From: the human T2T-CHM13v2.0 reference genome, Homo sapiens
NCBI RefSeq assembly: GCF_009914755.1
Contig: NC_060930.1
Reading direction: 5' to 3' (one strand)
Length of the DNA: 64,000 nt
Part shown: positions 28,664 through 44,070 of the stretch, in pieces
How positions within the stretch are numbered: the first letter of the stretch is position 1
Layout of the letters: each line of letters begins with the position of its first letter
The notes under the pieces: model-generated
What the model was told of the DNA's origin: nothing
Seen by the model: only the letters and a program-made list of their open reading frames with translations
Databases searched by the model: none
Position numbers and translations under genes: made by a program

Positions 28664-31271
28664 CGTTAGTGATACCAAGTCACTTCATTTACAGAGAGAA
28701 GGGGACTGAAATAAATATTTGCCGAAAAATAATTGAGATGATCACATTGGCTTTGAGCATATGCTTGCTTTTTAGAATCTGTTTCTTTGTCTATGAAGTT
28801 ATAAGGTTCACTTCATAGGATTGTTGGGAGGAGTAAAGGTAACAAATGTGTGACATCTGATAGAGCAGGCACTCTGTGGTTTTTGTGATTACACATAAGA
28901 AAAATAATCCTGTTCTTGAAGGAGTTCAGTCTTGTGTGAAGGATAAACGATTAAATTATTGAAGACTTTAAGTTTCTCATGCATTCATGAAACTACAGAC
29001 ATGAAAGAACATTGAAGTTATATTTAGACCATCAAATTGTTTATTTGGCTGGTCAGGTTTTCTTGTTTGAATCCATGGAGATGTGTTATAAATGATTATG
29101 AATAGAGTTAACTGATTTATTTAAGTAAAAAGTGTTATATTTTGAATGAGTCAGTAATAATTTTGTCATTAAATTTGCCTAGTTATCAATTTCAAGTTGT
29201 TAGAAATTGTTCTATAGGATCTGCCAGAGTAGTAGACTTGATAAATATTGGCAAGGTCTAGCTGTTGATGATACTAGTCGTCCTGTTAAATACATGAACA
29301 GATTAGATTGGTAAACTGCTTCCTTTGGACATGATGATTAAATTGTAGTGAGACTTCTTGGAGTTTTATGTGAATATAATTCTGATTTTCTGATGTTTTT
29401 AAAATGGGATTTAATTTTGACTAATAGCTTTGAAAGGCATCTCTTGGGTCTAGGCCATCATGAATACCCATATTGTCAAAGGTTTTGTAAGACAGACAAA
29501 TGTCTTTTCAAGGATTGTGTTTTCAGCCTGTAGGATCCCAGCCTGGTTGCTATAGTTAGTAGTTTAGATTCATAATGTTATTCACAGTACACTCCACTGT
29601 CTCTCTTATAATAATACATGTTGATGATGGAACACGAGTTGTAAGTTCTCTTTCTGTTTCATTTTCCTGGGTTTGCAAATCAGCTTAGGCTCGTCATAGC
29701 TTCTGAGTTAGTTAGCATAGGGTTGTTGTTTGTCAGCAGTCTTGAGAAGTTGGTGTCAAATTGGGTGTTGAGCTGGCGTTTGTTTTAGAGGGATTATGGG
29801 GAGAGGGGCCAATTCAGTAAGTTATCTTTCCTTAAAGTCTTTGTTCCTTTGACCATTGCGGCCTTCTTATTGTTGAAGGATCACGAACTTCAGGAGTCTT
29901 GATGTACACTACTTTCACTTTCATTCTTCTGAATAACAAATGATATTAAATCAAAATTTAATGATATTCAAAGTCTCCTTTTTCAATACCCAGGTTAACA
30001 CTTGATTTTTGCCTGAATATGATCATATTTTGTGAGTGAAAATAATAATGCTTTAAAATTACGATCTACACATCTGTCTTTGATAGTTTGTACAGAAATC
30101 TATTTAAAGGTAGTTTTTCTCAAAAGGTTAGTACATATTTGTATTCAGTGGAGTTGTGAAGTGATTCAGATTACATATTAAAGTTTTAATTTAGCAGTGT
30201 GATTTGATAATATAGGGCATATCTTTATGTTTTAGGTAGGGAAAACTTAATGTATAAGTTCAACTAGATCGGTTTAGTAAAAGCCAATTTATGACTCTTT
30301 GTTTTGTTTTGAAGTTTCCTCTTTATTTCACTCTGTAAGGGTATATTTAGGGCCTGTTGTGTACCAAATATTTCATAGGCTTTTTATGGTTTGGGATATA
30401 CCACATTTCTTAGAATGTTAGTAAATAATTACAGAAAGGGTTACAGGACAGTCTGAAAACAATACATTTTGTTTAGCTGATATTTTTCCAACGTTTAACA
30501 TTTCTTTAAATAATAAGGCCTCTCTGAGTTTTAAAAATGCAGGCACTTTCTTTTATAAATAATATGTTTTAGTATTTGATAGGAACTAGTGCTTAGAAGA
30601 ACAAAATGAAAGATGGGGTTGTTAGGGAAGAATTATTCAGATTAGACAGAAACGTTTGTCTATGGTTTATCTAAAAAGAGTTTCATGTTAGGATCTACTC
30701 TGTTAAAATTACTGCTTCAAAGGACTTATGGATAATTTGATATCTACTCATAGGTGTTCAATCTCCATATCTCTTAAGATTCTTGCTGAAATAGCCAAAG
30801 TATGTAATATGGAAATCGAGGAGAAATCTGCTTCTCAGTGCTATCCATATTCCAGGAACATTGAGCTGTTTCTGATAAAGATTAAAGGAAAGCTCAAGGT
30901 GATGATCTACTTTCAGCCCAATTTGAGAGAGCAGTGTCTCCGGGAGTAAAATGGCTAATAACAGAATCTTCCTCATCCTAACCCCTCAGAATTGTCACAC
31001 ATGAAATGGGCTATGAAGCAGTCAAAGGTTATACTGCTTGAACTCTTCCACTCATTTCAGTTCCTGTTTATAAGTAGGTGACCTAAATTTATTTTGTAAG
31101 TTAATGAGACTATGTTTTCTTTTGATTTCAGTTTGGGCGGAAAAGTACCTTAGTTTTTGAGATCACGTGCCTTTACTTTAGGGATGTTGAGGTTGAGTTT
31201 TTCAGCTACTAGCTTTTGAGATAAATTCAGTTAATCATTTCATTGGGAAAAAATACATATATATTTAAGTA

Positions 31272-31410
31272 ATTTTTGTTTTGTTTTATCTTAGAGACAA
31301 GGTTTCACTGTGTTGCCCAGGCTGGTCTTGAACTCCTGGGCTCAAGCAATCTTCCTGCCTCAGCCTCCCAAAGTGCTGGGATTACAGGCGGGAGCCACTG
31401 CGCCCAGCCA
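31272..31410 (-). mobile_element. FLAM / Alu left monomer
   Basis: Single antisense Alu arm. Confidence 0.85.
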
Positions 31411-34400
31411 GAAAACATATTTTATGTCTTAATAAACCCAGGATTTACAACAAGGTAGCTTACAAATAAATTGGGGATTTCTTGAAATCTTGTTTTGTCT
31501 GCCATAGAACACTGCTTTTCCCAAGTCCAAAATCAGTGTCATCAATAAGCAGCCTGTCTATCATAAACTTGGGCATCTACTTGTTTCATATTGGTATAAT
31601 ATTTTCTTTATTATTTGGTAGGGAATTGATTGACTTTGAAAACTTCTATCCTGTATTGTTTGGGGTTACAGAACAATGATTGTTTTGATTAGTTTCTTTG
31701 TACTTTTAAGATTGCATATAAATAGTATAAATTTGCCATGTTAAGGACAGATTAAAACAAAACTCTTAAAATTTGAAAAGTAGTTAGAACTTGAACACTA
31801 AAAAGGATATCTGAATATAAAACAGCAAAATTTTGGTATCATTTCTTCATCCTGGAAATGTTTGTGTGTGGTCTGTGCTAGGTAACAGGACACAGGAATA
31901 TGAAAAGATGTAATTGCTCTCATGGTACTGATATAGCCACAATCCTGGTATGGAATAATGAGAGCTTGAACTCAGGCAATGGCAGTTGAAATGAAAAGCA
32001 CAAATTAAATAGGGAGAATTTTAAGATTTCTTTATCTTTTACATGTGAAGGCTAAGAATGAGGGAAGGGCCTTGCTGGTATTGCCATTCGTTGAGAATAA
32101 AGATGTATGTGATGATTATTAAAGTGGTGACAATCAGTAAAACATATGAAAATATTGAGAAACCAAGATGTGATTATCTGAAATGATACAGTAATGATAT
32201 GTTTGGGATATATGTAGGTGGGGAAGAAATGATAAAAACACAACTGGACTAATTCTGAAAGTAAACTTGGATTTGAATAGAGTTTCTATAAACTGAGTAC
32301 TAAACATTTTGAAAGATTAACAATAATGAGAAAACTAACCATGAATTTTTCTTGTTATCAGGGTATATGTTAAGGTCATTAGAAGAGAGGCATTATACTG
32401 TATTAAGTGTCTGAACTCTAGAATCAACCTAGGTGTTCTAGGATTTGGGCTACTGATGTAACCTCACATGTATTAGATGTAGGTGGTAGTGGTAAGCACT
32501 GTGCAGTGGTGTTTCGAGGATTAAGTGACCTAATGCATGTAAAATACCCAGCCCAGAAGTTGGCTCATACTTGAACACTCAAAACATACTGCAGCATACT
32601 CAACACCAAAGAAATGTTGAATAACGTAGTCCTTGCACTCGTGATACTTCGATTTGACACCAGCAGCAAAGGGGAAAAATTAATAACCAGTTATAACCAA
32701 AATTTGAAATCTGTGGTATGCGAATTAGGATATCCTAAATTACGGTGTATCATTCTTTGAGTACTGATATAACTGGATAATAAGCTGAAACCATTCAAAA
32801 CAAATTCACGTGAGGAAGATAGATTATCACTCTAGATGCTAAGTAACAATTAGAAAAAAGATTATTTAACCAATTAATAAAAATACGAAGGCAATAAAGG
32901 TCAACAAGTGTTTTATGACAAGAGCAGAAGACAGTATTTGTGAGAGTATGAGATCCAATGCACAAGGCCTTTTGAAAGATCCCAAACTACTTTCCAAGCC
33001 TTTATTTTGCTGCTACCCATGTTTTCTAGCCACCTAAGCAATTCACTCTTCTGTAAAAATGGCAGGTACTTTTAATTTTTCTTCCCTGTAACACTTCTTT
33101 TCTTATTTCTTCCTTCCCACCAAACATGCTCAGCTCCCCCTCATCCCACAATATTGAGCTGTAGTGCTCCTTTTGCTATTTGTATGTGCTTTGACTCCTA
33201 CAGACAGTTGTTTCCCCTTAGAGTACTTTGTACCCACCTCTTAAGCTGTTATCACATGGTATGCAGTGATCTGCCTGATTCTTGCAGGTCATTCTCTGAA
33301 GTCAGGAACTCGCTCTTAGTCTTTTATTTTTTAGAAATCTATGATATCTCGCGCAATACATAGCCCATAGAAGAAACTATGTAGTGAAATTACATAGTGA
33401 TTTTTCATTCTTGCAGTAAAAATTTCCTGGGATTTTTTTTTTTTAATGGGTGGGAAACTACCTGGAAATAGTGGATGCCAGAGTCTTAAACAGAAGGAAT
33501 GAAATAATAAAGATCAGAGCAGAAATAAATGAAATAGAGGCCAGGAATACAACAGAAAAGTTCAACAAAACAGAGTTGGTTTTTGAAAAGGTAAACAAAA
33601 TTGACAGACCTTTAGTTGGACTAACCAAGAGAAAAAAAAGTCAAAATACATGAAGGAGACATTACAACTGATACCATAGAAATAATAAGATCATAAAAGA
33701 CTACTCTGAGTAAATATATGCCAAAAAATTGAACAAACTAGAAGAAATGGATAAATTCCTAAAACATACAACCTATCAGGACCACATCATGAAGGAACAG
33801 AAAGTCTGAACAGACCTATAATGAGTGAGGAGATTGAATCACTAAGTCAAAACCTCCCAACAAATAGAAGCCCAAGAGCAGACAGCTTCACGGGCAAATT
33901 CCTCTGAACATCTAAAGACGAATTACCACCAACCCTTCTCAAACTTCCAAAAAACTGAGCAGGAGAGAACACTTCCCAGATTCATTTTATGAGGCCAGCA
34001 TTACCCTTAACCAAAGCCAGATAAGGACATTGTAAGAAAATAAAGTTACAGGCCAATATCCTTGATGAACAGTTGCAAAAATCCTCAACAAAATACTAGC
34101 AAACTGAATTGAATAGCACATTAAAAGGAGCGTACACCATGATCAAGTGAGATTTTTCCTCTGAATGTAAAAATGGTTCAACATATGCAAATCATTAACT
34201 GAGCTACACCAAATTAACAGAATGAAAAATAAAAACCATAAGATCATCTTAAAAGATGCAAAAAAGGCATTTGACAAAATGTAACATCCTTTCACAATGA
34301 AAATTCTCAACAAGTAAGGTATAGAACAGTATGCCACAACATAATAAAGGCTATGTGTGACAGGCCCACAGCTGACATCATACTTAATGGTGAAAAGCTG

Positions 34401-34498
34401 AAAGCTTTTCCTCTGAGGTCAGGAAGAAGACCCTTGCTACTTCCATTAAATATGGTAAGTTCTAGCCAGAACAGTTAGGCCAAGAAAAAGAAATAAAG

Positions 34499-34798
<300 letters not shown>

Positions 34799-34995
34799 GT
34801 AAAAGACACCTAAATCATAAAGGAAGAAATAAAATTATCTTTATTTGCAGTGGCATAATCTTGTATGTAGAAAAACCCAAGACTTCATCAAGAAATCTGT
34901 TCACTTAGTCAAGTTCTGGGATACAAAAATCAACATACAAAAATCAGTTTTCTGTCTATACACTAACAACAAACTATTCAAAAAAGAGATTAAGA

Positions 34996-35295
<300 letters not shown>

Positions 35296-36933
35296 GGGCT
35301 ATCTCATTTACAATAGCATCGGAAAGAATAATATAATTAGAAATAATACCCAGGAGGTAAAAGATGCCTGCTCGCTGAAAAGTATAACACTGATCAAATA
35401 AATTAAAGATGCAAATAAATGGAAAAATATTCCATGTTCGTAGATTGGAAGATTATTGTTAAAATTTCCATACTTCCCAAAGCAATCTATAGATCCAATA
35501 CAATTCCTGTCAAAATTCCATTGGCATTTTTCACAGAAATAGGAAAAAACAATCCTAAAATTCACGTGGAACCACAGAAAGCACCTAATCGCCAAAACAG
35601 TCTTGAGAAAGAACAAAGCTGAAGACATTGCAGTTCCTGATTTCAAATTATATTAAAACAATTTGCTTCTGGCATAAAAACAGACACATAGACCAATGAA
35701 ACAGAACAGAATCTCAGAAATAAACCTATGAATATAGAGTCAACTAATCTTTGACAAGGGTACCAGGACTACACAATGGAGAAAGAATCGTCTCTTCAAC
35801 AGTTGGTGCTGGGAAAACTGGATATTGACATTCCAAAGATGAAAGTGGACCCTTACTTACACCGTACATAAAAATTTAGTCAAAATGGATTAAAGACCTA
35901 AATGAATTCCCTGAAACTATAAAACATGTAGGAAAAAACACTGAATTATAAAGGTATTTGATACTGGTCTTGGTAATGATTTTTCTAGATATTACACCCA
36001 AAAAACACAAGCAACAAAAGCAAAAATAAACAGGACTACATCAAGCTGACATGCTTCTGCACAGCAAAGAAACAATCAACAAAATGAAAAGGCAACCTAC
36101 AGAATGGGAGGAAATATCTGCAAACCTTATGTCTGCTAAGGGTTTAATATCCAAAAGATACCAGAATATTAACTCAGCCCAAAACAACAAAACAGCAAAA
36201 AAAAAAAAAAAATGACATCACCCAATTTAAAAATAGGCAAATAACTTTTAGACATTTTTTCAAAAGAGAATATACAGATGTCCAAAAGGCTTATGAAAAG
36301 GTGCTTAACATCACACACACACACACACACGTGCGTGTACATGCGTGGGCACAGTAGCTGTGTGGGTGATGGATGTGTTAATTAGCTTGATTGTGGTAAC
36401 CATTTCACAATGTATACCTTGTATTAAATCATCACAAGTTAAACCTTGTTCATTATATCTCAGTAAAGCTGGAGGGAGGGATTCAGTCACTAAATTGTAA
36501 GTTGTATGCAGCACAGGAACTCATATGTTTAGAACTTTCTCATATAATAAGCCTGACTGGCTGTTCTCAGGATAAATCCCAAAGGACAAAGTCAGTAATA
36601 AAAAACAAAACAGTTACTATTTCCACTTTCTATTTCAACATGGAAGTATGCAGCTTTAAATTTTTGTTTTGTTTTTACATAGCCTTGTAAGAAACCTTTT
36701 CTTACACAGCACTTGTACGTAACATGTGCCATGTGTGCTATGAACAAAAATGTTTATAAAGGCCTAATATGTGAAAGGTTTTGCCAAATGTTTCCTGTAA
36801 TGTTAATTATATTTTATAAATTAGCTATTTCTCCAGGAGATGTATTTAGCCACTTATTAATTTATAAGAATTAATATGAAGGTAACAAGGCATAAGATGC
36901 TCGTTTTCCCTCAAAACACAAGACATTTTGGTA

Positions 36934-37140
36934 TATAGTCTCCAACTTACAATGGTCTGACTTAGGATTGTTTACAATGGTTTGAAAGGATATGTTTTCA
37001 GTATGCTTCTCAATTTATGATGGGGCCATCTCCAGATAAAACCATTGCAACTGAAAATATCGTAAATTTAAAACTGCACTTTCAACTCAGTGGTGGGTTT
37101 ATTGGGACTTAACTCCATTGTAAGTCAAGGATCATCTGTA
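36934..37140. mobile_element. MER47/Tigger5-like MITE
   Basis: ccaacttacaatgg ... ccattgtaagtcaaggatcatctgta termini. Confidence 0.6.
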
Positions 37141-40100
37141 TTCATTCTGTATTTTTAATTAAAAACAGTTGTGCTGTTAATATATAGACACAACTCTTCT
37201 CTCATCTTACATACTTGTATAAGATAGGCCCACTAGTGTTGACTAGATTGGGTGTGGTCCGTTTTTTGTCTTCTGCTAAGTGAAAGACTTCAGAAAATAT
37301 ACATATACGCTTCTGTGAATGTATTTGTTTCATACCCACTGTGTTGCTTATGTGATATAATGAAAGATTTGTAAGGCATCTAACTAAAATCACCCTAGAA
37401 ATAACTAGACACAATATTTAAAAACATTATCAATCTGTTGTGCAAAAAGCAATCCAAAAAAGTGCATTTTTTAAATGAAAACTTGGTCTCTCCCCTTGTC
37501 CCCAAATTTTAGGCACAGATTACACTTTATCAGTTCTTAGAAGTGTTTCACTTGAGGTGCTTTTCGAAATCCATTTTTTATTATCTATTGTGATAATGTG
37601 TTGCAGGAGTTTATCTTTAATTAGGGAATTTTAAAAAGGTTAATGGAAGGGTTTTCTATAATGCTTTACATTTTGTCATTGGGAAAAATCTATCATTTCC
37701 ATTTAAAATGAAGTGTGAGCAGCAATGAACAGCATTAGACATAATTGTTGTTAAACCTCTTCTTTGTAAATTAACATGCCACTTGGCAGAAATATAATTG
37801 GTGAGCCACAGAGAAGGTCTGTATTTAAACAGTAGGGTTAATGAATATCTTTTTTTCCCCTTTTTCTTTCCCTTCTTTTGGCCTTTAAAGTTGCACTTAG
37901 CTCAGGCTGTTTGAAATGATTTTCTTTGAAAGTGTTGTGACATTGTTTTAATTGAATGAAGCTGCAGAACTGGCGTGATAAATCAACACAGAATGAATTT
38001 TAATGCAAGGCAAACGATATTAACCTGGAAATTGGTTGCAGTAGACAAAGCAGCTGCTGTGATTAGTTTTTTTTTTTTCTTCATTCTCTACTTACAACAT
38101 TTTGAGAAGGATGACCTCGACAATTTCAGCTGTACTAGAGTCCTGATGGCTTGCACCTTAACATCCTTGAGCTGTTTGTGGCTTCTTGGGGCAATAGTGA
38201 TTGTTTCATTTTTTAAGGTTAGTAAAATTTTTTAAGGTTAGTAAGATTAGTAAGGTTAGTAAGATTTAATGTGATTTTAACTGCTTTACAAATATTTTTA
38301 ATTTAGTAAATCATAATTGTGAGGATTAATTAGCTGTGGTAGAAGCCCTTTTCTATGTAATCTTGATGTGGTTCCAGCCAAGGAGGGTTAATACTTGAAA
38401 AGCATGGGGTATGCCAAACAAGGCTCTATATGTGGTCACAGAGTGTAGGGCAGCTGGTTTCACAAAGGGTACGGGTCAAAACCAATTACATATTAGTGAT
38501 TTGTACTAAAGTATCTCTGTTCATAATGCATTTTTCCAGACATTTTTGGGCCATATGTGAAGTATATAATGTGTATCTAGTTAGTGACAATTTGGGAAAA
38601 GATCTGTATAGAGTACAACTATTATTGAAGAGTAGCTGGCAAGGTTACTTAAAGAAATAGCCAAGGTAACAAATATAGTAGAGGCATTTTCACAGACTTC
38701 TTGAGAGCAGAGTTTCGTTATTCTCAATCCTTCACATTTACTTCACTCCTTGCCACATAATAAGCCTTAAGTAAATGTTTTGTTGAATTTGAAAATGAAA
38801 GGCTGTTCTCTGTTTTACTGAAAAACAGTGGGTGAGTGATAGCATGTAAAGATTATTATCTCTGTCCAGGTTGGAGGAGTGGGGAAGTGAAATTTAATGT
38901 AATCTGTGACTTACATAAACTGGTTAAGTGATGATGTTGTAGAAAAAAGTAGGAAGAGCTTATTGGAGATGAACATAAGGCCAGGCATGTTGATAGATTT
39001 TCTGTTATGTTTCTTTTTTATTCAGATCCTCATTTCAACATTGTTACACCATACTACCTTATGTCAATTCTAGACCTCTTTAGATTAAAAAGCAACTGCT
39101 CAAAAAGTGCCAGTAGACTTGTGTTTGTTAAGGACTGACAAGATAATGCAGGCCAGCTGAGCAATTCCAGGAAAATAGGATACAATAGGAAAAAAAATAA
39201 CTGAACACATCAGAGATTGTGAATCAGCAAGATTGTGAAGAATTACTAGTTCATGGTCTTCAGGAGGTGAGATGATCAAGGATATAACCGTGTTTTGGGG
39301 GATCTCTTTTTCTGCTGAGCACGTTTGCAGAATCTGGAGAGGACAGACGAAAGGCTGAGCTTTGGGGGATAGCGTTTGGAGTCTATAATTTGTCTATGTG
39401 AACCTCCCTTGCCATGCCCAGCCTAGTCTTCGCTTGGGGGTAGGGACACTGATGGATACGTACTTTAGGAGTAAGAATGAACTAGGAGGTTGCAGGTCCT
39501 CACAGAGACAGTATCTCAGCTCAAAATTGTCTATCTCAGTAAGTGAAATTGCATTGATCCTGGGTTGCTAGTAATAGTAGGTGCCTGGCAGAAGCTGATA
39601 TGTATCTTTCCTGGAGGAAGATATTATTGTCTTTGGCCTTATATTATTTTTATAAGCTATTTAGTTAAGTGTATTGTCTGACACACACTAGAAAATAAGC
39701 ACACAAGGAGACAAGATGACATTAACAAAAATCTGAAGAAACAGTCTGAAAAACAATACAAAATCCACATACTCTAGATTTTAGAATTTCAGACCCAGAC
39801 TTTATAAGATCTGTAAGTTTTCAATGTGGAAGGAGACAGAAGAAAAGGAAGAGAAATGGAAGCTATAAAAGAAAAACTAAGCCAGAAAATTATTTACCTA
39901 CTATTAACAGGTGGGTTTAACAGAAGATTAGAAGCATTTGAAGAGAGAATTAGTAAACTGGAAGATAGCTCAGAAGAAAATTTTCAGCATGGAGATGCAG
40001 AGGGATGGAAAAAAGTAGACGGGAATGTGAAAAGTAAAAGGAATATAGTGAGAAAATTTAATATATGTAGTTGTAGTATTAGAAGAAGAGGAGAGGTGGA

Positions 40101-41181
40101 ATGGGACAGAAGCAGAGTTTGAGGGAAGTGTGTTTCAGAACTATAAAACCAAAGAAAGAAATAAAGTCACAGATTTGTGAAATTGTGGTTTTCTTTATAT
40201 TTATCATACTTACTGATAAACATGATAAAGGAGACCACACCTTGGCAAGTGATAATAAAACAACTGAAAAGTAATGATGAGAAAATCTTAAAGCAGCTAG
40301 AAGAGAGAAAAGATCACCTTCAAAGGAGCAGCGGGAAGACTTAGTTCACTTCCATTAGTAACAGTGGAATGAATCCAGGAGATGGTGTATAAAGAATCTT
40401 TAAGGTGCCCTTCAAAAATAAGACATTTTCAGATAAGGAAAAGTGGAGAGAGTTCATTACTAGAAGACGTTCACTAAAGGAAATGCTGAAGGTTGTTTTT
40501 CAGGCAGAAGAATGATGATTATTTGAAAAGTTGAAGATGCATAAAGGAATAAAGAGCAACAAAAATGGTAAAATTGTTGATAAACCTAAATGCATATTTG
40601 TACAAAGTGAAAATAATGGCCTGTTGAGTTTAAAAGATACAGAATTTGAAAAACAAAGGCATATAAACTGGATTGAGCATAAATATTACACTTTCTGAGG
40701 TCCTTGTATTTGTATGGGAAAAGGGTAAAAGTACAAATGAACATTAATGTTTGATAAGTCAAGGAAGCATGTTGTAAATACTAGGGTGAACAAGCATATA
40801 ACTTCCAAACTAATAGAAGAAGAGAACGAAGAAAATACGTTCATATTTTCTTCGTCCGCCCACATCCAGGAAAAAGAGGCAAGAAAGAAAAGAAAATAAG
40901 TAGAGGACATAGAAAACACTTAGTAAAAAGATTTAGTAAACCATGTAGTATAAATTGGCTGTTCCTGTTAAAATTCAATGAAGAAACAACTCATTTAGAT
41001 GATTTTTTACAGGAGTCCTGTTTAAAATAAGGATAACAAAAGTTTGAAGGTAATAGATTGGATCAAGAAAAGACACATAAGAAAATAAATTCTATCTATA
41101 TTAGTATCAGTGTAAGCTTAATGGCAAAAGGCATCTCTAGAGATAATAAAGAAGGCCACTTCATAATGACAGAAAGATATA

Positions 41182-41664
41182 CACTTGACCCTTAAACAAC
41201 ATGGGGCTGAGGGGCACTGACTCCCTTTGCGGTAAAAAATCCACGTATAACTTTTAACTACCTCCAAACGTAACTACTGATAGCCTACTGTCGACTGGAA
41301 GCCTTACCGATAACATAAACAGTTGATCAACACATTTTGTATGTTACATGTATTAACACTGTATTCTTACAATAAAATAAGCCATTGAGAAGAAAATGTT
41401 TTAAAGAAATCATAAGGAAGAAAAAATACGTTTATTATTCATTAAGTGGAAGTAGATCATAAAGGTCTTCATCCTGGTGGTCTTTACATGGAGTAGGCTG
41501 AGGAAGAGGAGGAAGATTCAGGTTTGGTCTTACTGTCTCAAGGGTGGCAGAGGCAGAAGGAGGTGATGGAGGTGGGAGGGGTGTCATACTTGGTGTAATA
41601 TTTGTGGAAAAATGTTCTGTAAGTAGACCCACATAGTTCAGACCTATTGTTTAAGGGTTGGTTG
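41182..41664. mobile_element. Tigger2a-like TcMar element
   Basis: TA-flanked; cacttgacccttaaacaac / ttgtttaagggttggttg terminal inverted repeats. Confidence 0.8.
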
Positions 41665-42087
41665 TAATTGCCTTTACACATATACAGCAAAAATAGAAGT
41701 AAAAGGCGAAACAGGTAAAATTTAATCACACCAGACTTTGCATTCTTTTTAAGCACCTATGGAATATTTACAAAAATTGACCATATGCTATGCTGAAAAG
41801 CAAGTTTGAACAAATATTAAGGATGGCTATTACATATAACATGTTTGCTGATTACACTGTAGGAAGCTAAAAATCAAAACTACAGGAAATTATATGTTGA
41901 AATGAGCATAATATATTTAAATATTTAGTAGATGTCAAATTACCTTGACTTTGAATGAAAATGAAACTGCTCCCTATCTGAATTTGTGGGATACAACTAA
42001 AACCAGCTTAGAGGTATATGTAAAGCTTTAGATGTATATGTTAGAAAAGAAGGAATACAATAAGCAAAATATTCATTTCAAAAAATT

Positions 42088-42149
42088 GGAAAAAGAACAG
42101 CAGATTAAACGAAGGAAGGGAAAAAGAACAGCAGATTAAACGAAGGAAG
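42088..42149. repeat. Perfect 31-bp tandem duplication
   Basis: ggaaaaagaacagcagattaaacgaaggaag x2. Confidence 0.95.
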
Positions 42150-42214
42150 TAGAAGGAAGGAAATAAATGAAGAGTAGAAATCAATTAAAGACAAACACAA
42201 AATGAAGTAATTCA

Positions 42215-42625
42215 ATATATCAGCTAGCTATCTCTACATTATAATAAATTACTCCAAAATCTTAAGTAAACCACTTGTTGAGCTCCTTAGTCCTTCTTCC
42301 AGTCAGCTGTAAGGTCAGTCAGGTAGTTCTACTTCTGGGAGTTGCGTGGTTGCAGATATTGATGATGACTGGGTCACTGTCTTTCATTCCCCAACAAGTT
42401 TTAGTCCAAGCTTGTTTACATGGGGGAAAGGGGCTCTAAGAGAGTAGAACCACGTAAGACTAACACTGAGGCATATCATTCTCACCACTACGTTGTATTG
42501 GCCAAAGCAAGTCACAATGCTAGCCTAGATTCAGGAGGTGGGAGGAGATGCAGATTCCCTTTGCAGATGGCATGGACACAATGAGGGGCAGAGAATTATG
42601 GTCATTTTTGAAATCAGTCTACCTC
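42215..42625. mobile_element. MLT1-like LTR
   Basis: tattggccaaagcaagtcacaatgctagcctagattcagg. Confidence 0.6.
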
Positions 42626-43800
42626 AGTCAACAAAAGCAGGTTCTTTTAAAACACTTTTGAAGACAGATCAAGAGAAAGGAAGATACAGGTAACCAGTCA
42701 AGAATAAAAAAATGAGACATCGTTTCAGATCTTATTGGTATTAAAAATAAATTAGGCATCTATTTTAAATCAACAAATTTGAAAATTTAGTCAAAATGGA
42801 TACAACTTAAAAATTGACATACGAAGGAATAGAAAGTCTGAATCCATAATTTAAAACTTTCTGTAGTGAAATCTCTAGGCTCAGGTAGCTTCACCAGTGA
42901 ATTTTATTCATTATTTAAGGAAGAAATAACAGCCATATACAAGCCTATCTGGAGAGTGGAAAAAGGAGGAATACATTCCAACATGTTTTGCTACCAGAAT
43001 AACCTTGATACCAAAACCTGAGACGTGTATTATGAGAAAGAAAAATTGTGGGCCAGTTCTATTTATGAATGGACATTTCTTAAAAAAAAAATCACCAGAA
43101 TGCCAGGAAACAATTTGCTCAAGTTGATTTTGCATTAAATTGGTTTAACATTTGAAGTTGAAATTGAATTTGAAATTAAATTTGAAGTTGAAGTTGGTTA
43201 ACATTTGCAGTTGAAATCCACTGCAATAACAGAATTAAGGAGAAATGTTGTTTTAATAGATAGTGAAAAATGATAAATTTAGATATCCACTTGTAGTTGA
43301 GAACTCTTAGCAAACTAAGAAATAGAAGGGAATTTTAATGTGATAAAGTGTATCTTCAAAAAGTTTAAGATTAAACTTTATGGTGGACTGTTGAAACCTT
43401 TATTCTTGAAATTTGGAACAAGTCAAGGATGATACACTTTTATTTGGCTTTGAACTCAAGGTATGCTGACCAGTACTGTAAGGATAGCAAGAAAAAGAAA
43501 TAAAAATATATGATAGGAAAGGAAAATAGAGAACTGTCATTATTTCCAGGTGATGTGATTGTTTAGCATCCAAAAGAATCTACAAAAGATTTATGAGAGT
43601 CAGTAATGAAGAAATGCTGGTTGTAAGGTTGATAGAAAAAAACCCAATTATATGTTCATATACCAGAAACAGAAAATGAAAACTTAAAATTATGATATAC
43701 GGTAGCAGAAAAAGCCCTGTAAATTTGTAGGAATGAATCTTAACAACAACAAAAGTAAAAACAAGTAAAGGCACAATCAAAAAAGCTCTACATTTTTGAG

Positions 43801-44070
43801 GCTAGACATGGTGTCTCCAGCCTGTAATCCTAGCTCTTTGGGAGGCTTAGGCACTGGGGTGGAGTGGGGGTGAGGATGGCTTGAGTCCAGGAATTTTGAG
43901 ATCAGCCTGGGCAGCGTAGTGAGACCTGATGTCTACAAAAAAGTTAAAAAAAAAAAAAAAAAAAAAAGCCAGGCATGGTGAGGCTGAGGTGGGAGGATTG
44001 CTTGAGGCCAAGAATTCAAGGCTACAGTGCTCTATGATTGTGCCACTTGCACTTTAGCCTAAACAAAAAT
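43801..44070 (+). mobile_element. AluJ-like, degenerate
   Basis: Two old Alu arms with deletions. Confidence 0.8.
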
